Notes under the pieces: generated by a model
The model's input: only the letters and a program-made list of their open reading frames with translations
Told to the model about the DNA's origin: nothing
Database searches by the model: none
Made by a program: the position numbers and the translations under genes
Shown here: piece by piece, positions 1 to 13,950 of the stretch
Layout: every line of letters starts with the position of its first letter
How positions within the stretch are numbered: the first letter of the stretch is position 1
Assembly (NCBI RefSeq): GCF_009914755.1
Contig: NC_060926.1
Source of the DNA: the human T2T-CHM13v2.0 reference genome, Homo sapiens
DNA length: 64,000 bases
Strand: one strand, 5' to 3'

Positions 1-210
1 GGGAGCAGAAAGTATATGCGTCAGGTATGAGGAAGAAAATAGATTTTGGAAGTTATGAGAAATGTAGAGAGTGAGTTGAGCATAGTTTGTGATTTTTAGG
101 GCCTCTAAAAGTATTAAAGCAGTGGCAGCCACTGCATGCAGACATGAGGGTTAGGCTAAAACAGTAAGGTCAAGTTGTTTGGACAGAAAGGCTACAGGGT
201 GCGGTCCTGG
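1..210 (-). mobile_element. HERV-H internal pol fragment (RT/RNase H connection region), defective, runs off the window
   Basis: Translates PGPHPVAFLSKQLDLTVLA*PSCLHAVAATALILLEALKITNYAQLTLYI, with the gammaretroviral PVAxLSKxLD motif and an in-frame stop. Confidence 0.88.
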
Positions 211-227
211 TCCGAGTCACGGCACCA
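211..227 (-). other. tRNA-His primer binding site of HERV-H
   Basis: TGGTGCCGTGACTCGGA is complementary to the tRNA-His 3' end (TCCGAGTCACGGCACCA). Confidence 0.92.
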
Positions 228-229
228 AA

Positions 230-660
230 TTTCATGTGCGTCCTTGTGAAGAGACCACCAAACAGGCTTTGTGTGAGCAACATAGCTGTTTATTTCACCT
301 GGGTGCAGGTGGGCTGAGTCCGAAAAGAGAGTCAGTGAAGGGAGATGGATTATCATTAGTTCTTATAGGTTTTGGGTTAGGCGGTGAAGTTAAGAGCAAT
401 GTTTTGCGGGCAGGGGTGGATCTCACAAAGTACATTCTCAAGGGTGAGGAGAATTACAGAGAACCTTCTTAAGGGTGGGGGAGATTACAAAGTACATTGA
501 TCAGTTAGGGTGGGGCAGGAACAAATCACAATGGTGGAATGTCATCAGTTAAGGCTATTTTTACTTCTTTTGTGGATCTTCAGTTACTTCAGGCCATCTG
601 GGTGTATATGTGCAAGTCACAGGGGATGCGATGGCTTGGCTTGGGCTCAGAGGCCTGACA
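230..660 (-). mobile_element. HERV-H 5' LTR (LTR7 family, LTR7Y/LTR7B-like)
   Basis: Minus strand starts TGTCAGGCCTCTGAGCCCAAGCCAAGCCATCGC, has TGTACTTTGT repeats, TATAA and AATAAA, and ends CATGAAA next to the PBS. Confidence 0.93.
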
Positions 661-2797
661 GAAGCCATAGCTGGAATTCTAAACGGTGTGAGTGTGTGTC
701 CCATTTGAAAAAGCACATCCAACCTAAACATTTATATGAAAAAATGGAAAGATATACCCATTGTTTTGGAATACAAACTACAGAAAGTAACAGTTAACAG
801 AATCTTAGTGGAAAGATAAGATTCCACATCTGGAAAGGCAGAGTGATTTTCAACTGGGTTGTGTGTCCTTAACTGAGGAAGGGAAGATGAAATTTATGTT
901 TATTAAAAGGCAGCTATGAATTTACCTTTTATAAAGAGCTTACAATATACTATTAGTGCTTCTTCAATCATGTGTCTGAATCACCCGGATGCCTGTGTAA
1001 ATGCAAATTCCCAGAGATTCTGATCCTGTGAGCCTAGGATGGGGCCCAGAAATCTCTATGGGGTGGTGCAGGCTGCCCCAGGACCACACCTAAGAAACAC
1101 TGCAACTAGCCCACACACACATCCAAGTCCCCAGATATGTAGGCAGGCATATTATCTCCGTAAAACAGATGGGGAAACTGAGGTCCAGAATGGGGAAATC
1201 ACCCAGCAAGTAGTAGCAGAGACATGATACACCCACTGCCTGCAGACACCATCCCTGATGACAGCTTCACCTCCCTACAGGAACCTTGCCTACCCCCACC
1301 CCTATGTCCTGCCACCCCTATGGTGGGTCTCTGTCCAAGGAAGATGTAGCCCTGGTCCTCCAGGCTGACTGGGGCTCAGAGGAAAAGCCTGGCCCAGACT
1401 GTAGGAGCTAGAAGGGCCCTTGCAATTCAGGTGGGGAAACTGAGGCCCAAAGAAGGCAGTCTTCACATTTGAACTCTGCCTGGAGAAGGGCTGGGTCTCC
1501 TTCCTGAGTGGTAGGTTTGACTTCATCAGCCTGGCCCTCAGTCAAGGTGACTGTCCAGGCCCACCACACCTCGAGGTGGGTGACCAGAGGCATCAGTGCC
1601 ATAAAATGCATTTCTTGGGAGATCCACCCTGAAAGCGCAAAACATTCCAGGGCTGGTGATTTGGGCAAGCCCCCTTCCCTCTAGGCCCAGTTTCCCCATT
1701 TCTGCAATAGCTGTGTTGGAGGAGACTTCTCTCTGAGACTGAGCCGCAGATTTGTTCCCAGGTGCCTACGCCGCACAGGTTGCCGGCTCCTCTGTCCCCA
1801 CTCTTCAAGAAAGTCACCTCTTAGGTGAGGAAGGAGTCTCGGCCCTGTTGGGAGTGGGAGTTGGTTCACCCCCAGTCTCCCAGACCACTGGGGATGACCT
1901 GGGCTGCCTGCAAAGATGGTGTCATCCATGGCTGCTCCCCAGCCTGCAGACACCCACCATGGAGGGTGACACTGGCTCTCCCAGTGGCTCTGAGAAGAGG
2001 CAGCCCCCACTCCAAACCTTGCAGAGCCACCCACGCCTTCCCTCACCCGAAAGAGGCTTTTAGGAAAATGAATCATCTCAAGTTCATACCCATGGGGGTT
2101 GCTGAAAGACAGGACAGTGCGGGGTGAGCTGGCACAAAGGAGTGCTGCTCTCTGCAGACTTTGCAGGGAGGTCACTTAGGAAAAGGGAGTGGAATCTGGG
2201 AGAGTGAATAGCTTAGGGTTAAAGGGAGGGGATGGGGCTGGAGTGGGCTGGCCTGTGCTCCCCCTTGGGCCTTCCAGCCTGGTCTCAGGTGATTCAAGGG
2301 AGCAAGCACATCCCTCTCCCAGCCAGAGAGTTCTTGCCACGTTTTGGAATCAGTGCCATTCCCTTGGGCGTTGGGGGGCAGCCCCCACCTCTGGACCTAG
2401 CTGGAACTGCTGCCTTAATTCTGGATCCAAAAGGGCCTCTGGCAGCTTCTCCATCTCCCTCTCAGTCCAGCCCCCTATCTCCTTCCCCATGTGGACCCCA
2501 ACAGGCAAATCTGACAACTGGAGGAAGAAGGCAGGAAGGGTAGGGTCTGAGGGGATGACAATTTTAAAAAGGCAGCTCTGCCACCTTCTTTCCAGGACTC
2601 TCAGTCTTGCTTTCATATTGCCCCTTGGACATCATTTTGCTATAATCTAACATGTTGACTTATGGTCTTTAAAAACAATAACATTGTTGATGTGGAGCAG
2701 ACTTCCCCTTTGGGATGGTTTGGAGAAGTTAGGTTTGAGGGCATCCTCTCTTCTGCAAACTGCAGCAGTAATAGGTGAGATATATAAAGTAAATAAA

Positions 2798-3110
<313 letters not shown>

Positions 3111-3381
3111 TTAAATTGGAAAGAAAAATTCCTGTACTTGCAGACCATATAATTGCCTATGATGAAAATCCAGAAGAATATACAGATAAATTATTAAGAC
3201 TAGTAAGAGAGTTAGCAAGGTTGTTGAATTCAAGATCAACTTAAAAAAAGATTAGCATTCCTATACATCAGTAATAACAAATTAAGAAAATGTAATAGAA
3301 AAAGAGATTCTATTCACAATAGCAACAAAATCCTGAGAATATATCTAGCAAAATATACACAAGACCTTTCATGAAGAGTAT

Positions 3382-3764
3382 TGCTATAGCCTGAATGTGT
3401 CTCCCAAAATTCATGTGTTAAAACTTAATTGCCAAGGTGATAGTATGAAGAAGTGGGGCCTTTAAAAAGTGATTAAGTCATAAGGGCAAGCCCTCATGCA
3501 TGAGATTAGTGCCTTATAAAAGGGCTTAGGGATGGTGGTAAATCTGCCTTCTGCCACATGAGACCATAGCATTGTCTGCTCCAGAGGAACCAGCATTCAA
3601 GGTACCATCTTGGAAGCAGAGACCAGGCCCTCACTAGACACTGTACCTGCTGGAGCGTTGATCTTGTTCTTCCCAACTTCCAGAACTGAGAAAATAAACT
3701 TCAGTTGTTTGTAAATTACCTAGTCTCAGGTGTTTTGTCATAGCACTACAAAGGGACTAAGACA
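3382..3764 (+). mobile_element. MaLR solo LTR (MSTD/MLT1A-like)
   Basis: TGCTATAG...GACTAAGACA termini; near-TSD agtat/aatat. Confidence 0.85.
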
Positions 3765-3984
3765 AATATAAAAACTACCCAGGGACTTAAAGGAAGAACT
3801 GACTAAATTGAAATATATACTGTATATATTATGAATAGTAGGACTCAATGTTATAAACATATTACTTCTCACTGAATTAATCTATAAATTCAAGCAATTC
3901 CCACACAAATCCCAATAGAAGTTTTTGTGGAATTTGACAGGCTGATCCTAAAATTCATGTAGTCATTGAGGGGCCAAGAATAGT

Positions 3985-5202
<1,218 letters not shown>

Positions 5203-5615
5203 ACAAGTGAAAATATTTTTAAAGAATGAGAGTAACATAGAGGTCGGTGGGTAATGGAACGTTTAAGATTTGTGTGCATACTATAATGTCATAGGAATTA
5301 GGACAGTGATGTGTTGTCAAGGGGATTTACAAATCGACCACTGGAAGAGAACAGGAACCCAGCAAAAGACCCATGACACATGGAAACTTGGAATGAGACA
5401 GAAGTTGCATTGTAGATTGTTGGGGAAAGGATGGAATATTCTACAAATGGTGTTGGCACAATTGATTTTCCATATGGAAAGTAAATACAACTAGATCCCT
5501 AGTTCACATCATACCAAAAATAAAATCCAGGTTGATTAAAGATCTAGCTGTGAAAAGCAAAACTTTGAAAGCAATTACAAGGAATCGTAGGGGGATATCC
5601 TTATGATTGGAGCAG

Positions 5616-5975
5616 TGTCTTAGTTGGGGCTGCTCTAACAAAATGCCATGGACTGGGTGGCTTCAACAACAAACATTGATTTCTCCAAGTTCTTGAGGCT
5701 AGAAGTCCAAGATCAGGGTGCCAGCATGGCTGGTTCCTGGGGAGGGCCCACCTGCTGGTTCACAGAGGGCCATCTTCTTGTATCCTCACACGGCAGAGAG
5801 CAAGAAAGACAGGAAGAAACTCTCCTGAATCTCTCCTTATAAAGGTACTGATCCCATCATGCGAGCTCCTCCCTTCTAATTACTTCCCAGGGGCCCCCCC
5901 TCCTAACACCATTATATTGGAGGCTAGGATTTCAACATATACATTTTGAGGGGACGCAAACATTCAGTCCATAAC
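5616..5975 (-). mobile_element. MLT1A-like MaLR LTR
   Basis: tgtcttagtt...aacattcagtccataaca termini typical of an antisense MLT1. Confidence 0.8.
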
Positions 5976-6012
5976 ATGTAGAAAGTAATTTCTTAAATAA
6001 AATACTGAAAGT

Positions 6013-6134
6013 GGCTGGGTGTTGTGGTTCACGCCTGTAATCCCAGCACTTTGGGAGGCTGAAGCAGGAGGATTGCTTGAGCCCAGGAGTTCCAGAGCAG
6101 CCTGGGTGACACAACAAGACCCCATCTCTCTCTT

Positions 6135-6204
<70 letters not shown>

Positions 6205-6370
6205 TGCAAAATTAGCTGGGTGTGCTGCTGCATGCCTGTAGTCCTGGCTACTCAAGAGGCTGAGGTGGGAGGATCCCTGGAGGCTGGGTGTTTGAGGCTG
6301 CATTGAGCTATAATTGAGCCACTGCACTCCTGCCTGGGCAACAAAGCGAGACTCTGTCTCAAGAAAAAAA
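6013..6370 (+). mobile_element. AluJ with compound (TC)n(TA)n(TG)n microsatellite in the linker (~6125-6205)
   Basis: Alu arms flank the dinucleotide arrays. Confidence 0.92.
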
Positions 6371-6671
6371 TATTAAAAGTGTAAGCTCAAAAGAAAAATG
6401 GTGATAGATTTGACTTCAGTAAGGTATTTAAACTTCTATTCAACGAAACATACCACAATGATGATTCTGCAAAGGACCTAGAGTGAATAGTAAATCTCTC
6501 TTCTATCCCTTCCCCGTCCCAGCCCCAGCTCCCCTCCCAAGAGACAACCAGTGTCTTTTCTGAGCGTGTCTAATTCACACTCAGCATCTAGGTTTACATA
6601 GTATTTTAAAATAATATTTTCATACAAGTATTAGTACACCAGGCATATTGTTCCTGCATCTTGCTGGTATC

Positions 6672-6975
<304 letters not shown>

Positions 6976-7454
6976 TAATAATATGTCTTGGAGATTGTTT
7001 CATATCATTATATTTAGAGCTACCTCACTCTTTTAACAACTGCATATAATTCCACTGCATGAATGTATCATAATTTATTTATCCGGTCCTTTTAAGTGGA
7101 CATTTAGGTTTTTTTTTTTTTTTTTTTTATCTTTTTCAGTTATGAACAGTGCTACAGTAAATGTCTTTTTCATATTTTTACGATGAGTTTTTAAAGCCAA
7201 TGTACTAGAAGATGGAAGGAAGCAGGTTTCTTACCCATTCCATCTCGGACTGCATTTTTAGAGGAAATTGTGCTATCTGGAGAACCATATTTGGCTCAGA
7301 GGATCAGGAGTGCTTGGATCCTACCCTGGTCTAACTCTTCCCTCCCCTACAACTAGGCCAATGAGAGATGGAGAAAATAAACAAGGAACATCTCATTCTT
7401 AGAGGGGCTGAAAATCTAAGGCCATGCTCTCTGGAGGACACCCCTTCCCATAAC

Positions 7455-7615
7455 CCAGGCTTTCTCTTTGACATTTTGGACTAGATAGACCTCTGTTCCG
7501 AGGGCTGTCCTGTGCACTGTAGCATGTTTAGTAGCATCCCTGACCTTGACCCACTAGATACCAGCAGCACCTTCTCCCTAGTTGTGACAATATCTCCTGG
7601 CTGAGACCTACTGCT
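7455..7615. mobile_element. MER20 DNA transposon fragment
   Basis: gggctgtcctgtgcactgtagcatgtttagtagcatccctgacc...cccactagataccagcagcac matches the MER20 core. Confidence 0.75.
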
Positions 7616-8578
7616 CTAACCCAGCATGGACCTCAGAATCCTACCACCCATAGGCTGGCACAGGGGCAGGAGACTGAGGCCCCAGGAGTGCTTGGCCCAG
7701 AATAGGAATGGAAGTGAGATGACCAGGCTTTGCACACCAGGATCAGCCTGTCCTGCCATAGGAGGCTCATGGAGCCAGTGGTACCCCTGAGGGCCCCAAG
7801 TGCAGAGCCTTTTCATAGTTGTCCCCCTGCCCATTGGCAGACATGGCCGCGTGGCACCCTGGCATCTATCCAAACATATAGTGACCTCTGCATGAAGGGT
7901 GGGGTGGGAAGCTGGGGGAGATCTGGAGGCTATATTCATACATGCGCAGCGCAAACCAGTGGAACTGCCTACCACAGGTGGCCTCCGTCAGAATCGGGAC
8001 AGTAGATGTGAACTCTGCTTTCGTGTCAGGTTCTGAGGACAAAGCTGATAGAGTTGGCATTTTTTCCCCACACTTCTAGATCAGGCCATATTTGAATCCA
8101 TGATCAGTCTGTATGTCTTTAATCGACTTGAACCAGGGGTGATAGATAATCCACCCCCCATTTCCTTAGATGGTTGGTCTTCACTTTCCCCCTGGTTGGC
8201 TCATAGGAATTATGTAATTTTTTTTGTATTCATCTGATTTGTTGATGTGGGACACCAAGAGGGAGGAACTTGGCACTCAAACATTAAGGTGAATGTCACA
8301 AATAGAGGCCAGTGGAGGGTGGGAGGCTCCCGGGGAGGCATTGCCCAATGCAGGGCAAAGGTTACAATGTCAGGCTAAGGCTTTCTAATGAAGCTCCTGG
8401 TTGTCATGTGGTGGCAGAGGGGAGAGCTGAAATCAGGATTGTGAGGTGTGGCTGAAATGTCTGCTGTAGCTCCAGGTGAGAGAGGCCCAAGACTTAGGAT
8501 GGCAACAAAATCTCCCAAGATCCAGCAAGCCAAGCAAGCTTCTACTTTCTTGATGTTCCCCCCAACCCGTAAATATCA

Positions 8579-9262
<684 letters not shown>

Positions 9263-9809
9263 GAGGGCAAAGGAGGTACAGCTTTCAAATATTCAGACTT
9301 TTGCAATTGGAAAATTTAACAAAAAAGCCATTTTATTTTTAGCGTGCATATAAAAGTTGTGTGGTTTGTGGTTTTGCTTTTATTTTGAATTTCTTCCTGG
9401 GGAGAAGCACCAAAGCATCTTCAGTGCTTAGACCTGGAAAGGTCAACGTCCATCCTGGAGATCCAGTCACAACCACAGGACCACAGAAGGGCAGAGCTGG
9501 GAGGGCCTGTGGAGGTCACTCCATCCACCCACCCCACTCCCAGAACCGTACAGGCTGGGCAGTCCAGGCCAATTCAAGCATTCCCTTCTGGTTCTATCAA
9601 GAAAGTCTAGGAGGGGAGTGGAGAGCTGCAGAGGGGAAGGAGGGAGGGGATCAGAAGGAGGAGGAGGAGGAGCAGGAGGAGGAAGTAGAGGTGAAAGAGG
9701 AGGAGAGTGGTAGGCTGACAGAAATTTTTGCTCTTCCTGGCACCCTGCTCCTACCCCTGGACCTAACTGAGCCTTCCCAGGTGCTATGCACTGAATGTCT
9801 GTATCCTGC

Positions 9810-10055
9810 ATGATGGGATTAGTGCCCTTATAAGAATAAACATAAGCAAGCATGCCTTCTCTCTCTCTCTGCCATGTGAGGATATAGCAAGGAGGCGTCC
9901 TTACGAGAAACCAAGAAAAGAGTCCTCATCCAGTCCCAACCATACTGGCAGCCTGATCGCAGACTTCCCAGCCTCTAGAACTATGAGGAATAAATTACTG
10001 TCTAAGCTACCTGGCAATTCATTATAATTTGTTACAGCAGCCTGAGCTGACTAAG
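9810..10055 (+). mobile_element. MLT1A-like LTR 3' part
   Basis: atgggattagtgcccttataag...gttacagcagcctgagctgactaaggca. Confidence 0.75.
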
Positions 10056-10464
10056 GCACCAGGCCACCTAAGTGACTTGACTGCCTGCTCACTCTCTTTG
10101 CTGTCCAGACCATGGGGACCCTGGTTCTCTGCCTCTTTCTTGGGTCGCTCCTTCCCTGTGTGCCATCCTTCCTGCAGTCTGCAGCCTGTGCTGCTCCTTA
10201 GTCCACTGTTCTTGGCCATCTCTTCCATCTGTGAGCACTCTCTCCTCATTCACTCGGGGATGAGCTCACTCCCTCCTTTGGTACCAATTACAATCTATGG
10301 CAGTGGGGCTTGACTTTGGACAGACCCACACACCCCCCTCCAGAGACTCTGAGTGATTGGTCTGGGATGCAGCCTGGCCATAGAGCACTCTGGAAGCTCC
10401 TCAGGGCATTCTAATATAGACCACTGGACAGTAAAGTGTTGGTTAGCTCTAACAACCCTGCACA

Positions 10465-10950
10465 TCCCAAAAAAAGGACTGGTCCTTGACCAGCTTTTGA
10501 GAGGTGCTTGATCTCTAAGCCTTTGGAATATTCTGCCTTCTAACAATGTTTTTGTAAGCCTGAGGCTTTGGGCCTTGCTGTATCAATTTGATTTCTCTAG
10601 GGGCTGAAGCCTGAGTAGCTGGGGTCAATCCCCCAGGAGCTGCATGCCTGCATGACTGACCCCTCAAGAGAAACCCTGAACACTAAGGCTTGGTTGGGCT
10701 TCCCTGGTTGACAACACTTAGCATGTGCTGTTACACATTATCGCTGGGAGAATTAACCATTGTCTGTACAACTCCACTGGGAAAGGATAATTGGAAGCTA
10801 GTGCCTCGTTTCTCCCTTTTCCCTTTCTGGTTTTAACCTGTATCTTTTCACTGTAATGATCCATAACTGTGGGCATAATGGCTTTTCTAAGTCCTTTGGG
10901 TCTTTATAGCCAATCACTGAACCTGTGGCTGGTTGGGGATCCTCTACACA
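10465..10950 (+). mobile_element. MER21-like LTR
   Basis: gggcttccctggttgacaacactt...gctgggagaattaa...ggggatcctctacaca; lies within MER5-like sequence. Confidence 0.65.
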
Positions 10951-13471
10951 ACCACAAAGACCAGGAACACTGAGCTGCAATATACACATTGCTGGGCCGC
11001 ACTCTAGAGATTCTGATTCAGTGTGCCTGGGGAGGGCCTAGGAACCCATGTGTTAATAAGTTCCCTGGGGCCTGTGATAGGCAGGCAGTATTGAGAGACA
11101 TGGATTAATGTGCTGATGACTTCCAATCAGTCTCAAGCTCTGGTATGTCCACTGAACACGTCCACTCAGATGGCCCACACACCCCTCCACTCCCCCATAC
11201 CATGATCTGCTAACATTTCAGTGAATACAGGCTGCATGGCTGCCTGTCCCCTCTCCCTACCCCATAAAGGCCAATCAGTCACCCAGTCCTCCCAACCATC
11301 TCCAGAGTCTCATCCCTTCTTCCTTTCCTCTTTGCTTCATCCACTAGTTCCATTTCACTTGGCCACACTGTAGCCAAACTGGAATCTGAGTCTGGTGTTT
11401 CCCTTTGGGAAGCTGCTCAGTGGCTCCCTGTGTACATGTGGTTCAAACTCTTGGTGGCATTCAGGGTCTTTCTTGGCCTTTCCAGGCTCCCCTCTCACCA
11501 CAACACATACTGTCCCTTCCAGCCTTGGGGCATTCCTTGCAGCCTCAGAATAGGAGGCCTCCCTCCATCTGCAATGCCCTTTGCCTCCCTCTGTATATCC
11601 TGTCTTAGGCTATTCACCAGCCTGCATTTCAATTGCTCATTTGCCTGCCTGACTCCCTCTCTATGCCAGCACCTGGCAGCCTCATACAAGTCCCTTAATA
11701 ATTGTATGTTGAATAAATGAATGAATGAATGAGAATCTTGTTCATCTGAGTCCCCAGGGCCCAGCATGGTGCTTGGTACACAGTAGGCTCAAATAAATGA
11801 GAGATGAATAAATGGATTTTGCACACCCTCCCAAACCCACCTCCCTTCCTCCTTCTCCCCTTCTTTCTGTCATTCTCCTTTATCACTGAGGACCTTTTTT
11901 GGTCATACTCTGATTCTGCTATCCAGGGGCACTTCTGCAGAAAGTCTCAGCTGCCTCCTCATTGTTCCTTTCAACTCCAGGCCCAGCAGATAAGGAACTG
12001 AGGGCTTGCAGGGGATCAGTTGAGAAAGACTGCAAATCAGTGACAAATATCTATGTAGAGCTGAACTTCGTTTGAACCTCCCATAAGCCCAGGGAGGGTG
12101 GTGATATTCTCCTCAATTTACAGATGAGGAAACTGAGGTTCAGAGAGGTTGAGTGCTTGCACATAGTAGCATGATAGCAGAGATGTGATGGGAGCACAGA
12201 CCTTCAGCAGCACATCTTTGTGCTCTCCCTTTCAGCCAGACACCAGGGGCCTTGAAGGCCACAAAAGGATTTTGGTCTTTGGGTAGTTCAGTGCTGCATT
12301 CCCTTTGCCAGCCTTTTCTTCTTAAATTGCTGCTCCTGCTGCTCAATGATTTCCAGTCCCAGGTGAAAGGAACACAATTTTGTCACTGTGTCAAGGCAGA
12401 AACAAGCTCAGCACTGGGAAAGGAAATCAAACTCTTTTTGGAGAAAGTCAGATGGGACGTACCCCTTTTAGGACCACCTGGATGTGCAAGTAGGGAGCCC
12501 CCAGACCACCTGCCACAGACCAGCTTCCTCAACAGCAGGGTGTGCCCCCAGGCCCTGCATTTCTCCTTCTCCCCAGAGACCTCCCTCTGCCTGATAAAGC
12601 TCCAGCTCTTGGCAGGCACACAAGGCCTTCTCTGATCCCGATGTGACTGTAGGTCAGACACATTCTACATGAACAGAATATCACCCATGGGGCTGAACCC
12701 CACATAATACCTTCAGTGTTTGCCAGAGGGACTATGGGGTCTGGGTTGACCCATCTCCTTGGGAACAGCTTAACTGAGAAATGCAAACTACCTTCCTGGC
12801 TGCCCTGGGGAGGAGGAGTCAGGAAGGTAGCACAGGCAGCACATCTCACAGGACTCCAAATTCAAGTCCTGCCACTGCCTCTGTCTGGCGGCCTTCCCTT
12901 CTCTTGGTCTCTGTTTCTCTTTCTGCCAAATAAGTGAGTTAGACCAGATCATTTTTAAGAGCCCTTCCTTCTCCAGCATGCACAAGTGAGAACACACCTC
13001 TCTTAGACGCTGTTCTATTAATTACACTGGTCAGCACTATCACTTTTCAACCAAAGGCTTTACCTTTGAGTGGCCAGCCCTGGACCTTGCATTGTAAAAA
13101 CTTGGCACTGACCATTTGGTTTTGAATCATTTCAAAAGGTCAAGTCCATCCCTATCCCTTTAGGACCAGCAGTACCAAATCTTTCTCTCTGGTTTGTAAA
13201 TACGGCCATTTCTTGCCTCTCTGTGGAACCTCTGCTCTGATCGGACTGGCATCTTCATTGTCCCCAATGCCTTTATGATCCCACTTTTGAGGTCTTTAGG
13301 TCCCTCTCCTCTGCCTGTCCAGATCCTCTCTGTCCTTCAAAGACTCCTCATAAAGGCCATCCCTGATGATGGCTTCCAGGAGTAAGTCCTCTCCTCTGAT
13401 AGCCCGCAGTGTTTAACTGTTTCACTTTATTCATTTATTCATCCCTATACCTACTCAAGTTATTGAGTACC

Positions 13472-13620
13472 TGTATTAGTCTGTTCTCACACTACTGTAA
13501 AGAAATACCTGAAACTGGGTAATATGTAAAGGAAACAGGTTTAATTGGCTCCTGGTTCTGCAGGCTATTCGGGAAGCATGGCTGGGGAGACCTCAGGAAA
13601 CTTACAATCACGGCGGAAGG
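13472..13620 (-). mobile_element. Truncated MST (MaLR) LTR fragment
   Basis: tgtattagtctgttctcacact...cctcaggaaacttacaatcacggcggaagg; only ~150 bp of a ~380-430 bp LTR, ending abruptly at the NAGK copy. Confidence 0.85.
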
Positions 13621-13634
13621 GAACAGCCTTAAAG

Positions 13635-13950
13635 GTTTTCTTCGGCGCTGACCCAGGGCAAAGAGATCCAGGCTCAGAATTTCTTCTCCAGCTTCACCCT
13701 GATGAAGCTGAGGCACTCCTCCGCTCTGGGTGGGGCCAGCCTAGGGGCCAGGCACATCGGGCACCTCCTCCCCATGGACTATAGCGCCAATGCCATTGCC
13801 TTCTATTCCTACACCTTTTCCTAGGGGGCTGGTCCCGGCTCCACCTACTCCAAGCTCAGTGGACACTGGGTCTGGAAGGAAGGAGTCTTTTGCTTCCTTT
13901 CTCCTTTTTACAAAAACAAACATAGAAGAAAATAAACGCACTTTATCCAC
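13635..13950 (+). pseudogene. Partial NAGK (N-acetylglucosamine kinase) pseudogene: last exon, 3'UTR and AATAAA
   Basis: 13645-13824 translates ALTQGKEIQAQNFFSSFTLMKLRHSSALGGASLGARHIGHLLPMDYSANAIAFYSYTFS*, recognised as the NAGK C-terminus. The preceding GGT TTT CTT is one base out of frame. AATAAA at 13931-13936 with no poly(A) tail. Confidence 0.88.

Noticed and set aside
1681-2650. Cluster of 100-164 aa ORFs on both strands
   Set aside because: No recognisable protein family or consistent exon structure; moderately GC-rich non-coding DNA.
9361-9853. ORFs with poly-Glu / poly-Pro
   Set aside because: Explained by a GA-rich low-complexity tract at ~9630-9710.
13545-13784. 79-aa ORF spanning the MST/NAGK junction as a chimeric protein
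   Set aside because: Starts at TTG in antisense LTR sequence and reads the NAGK exon out of frame; the NAGK frame is closed upstream by TAA at 13630.
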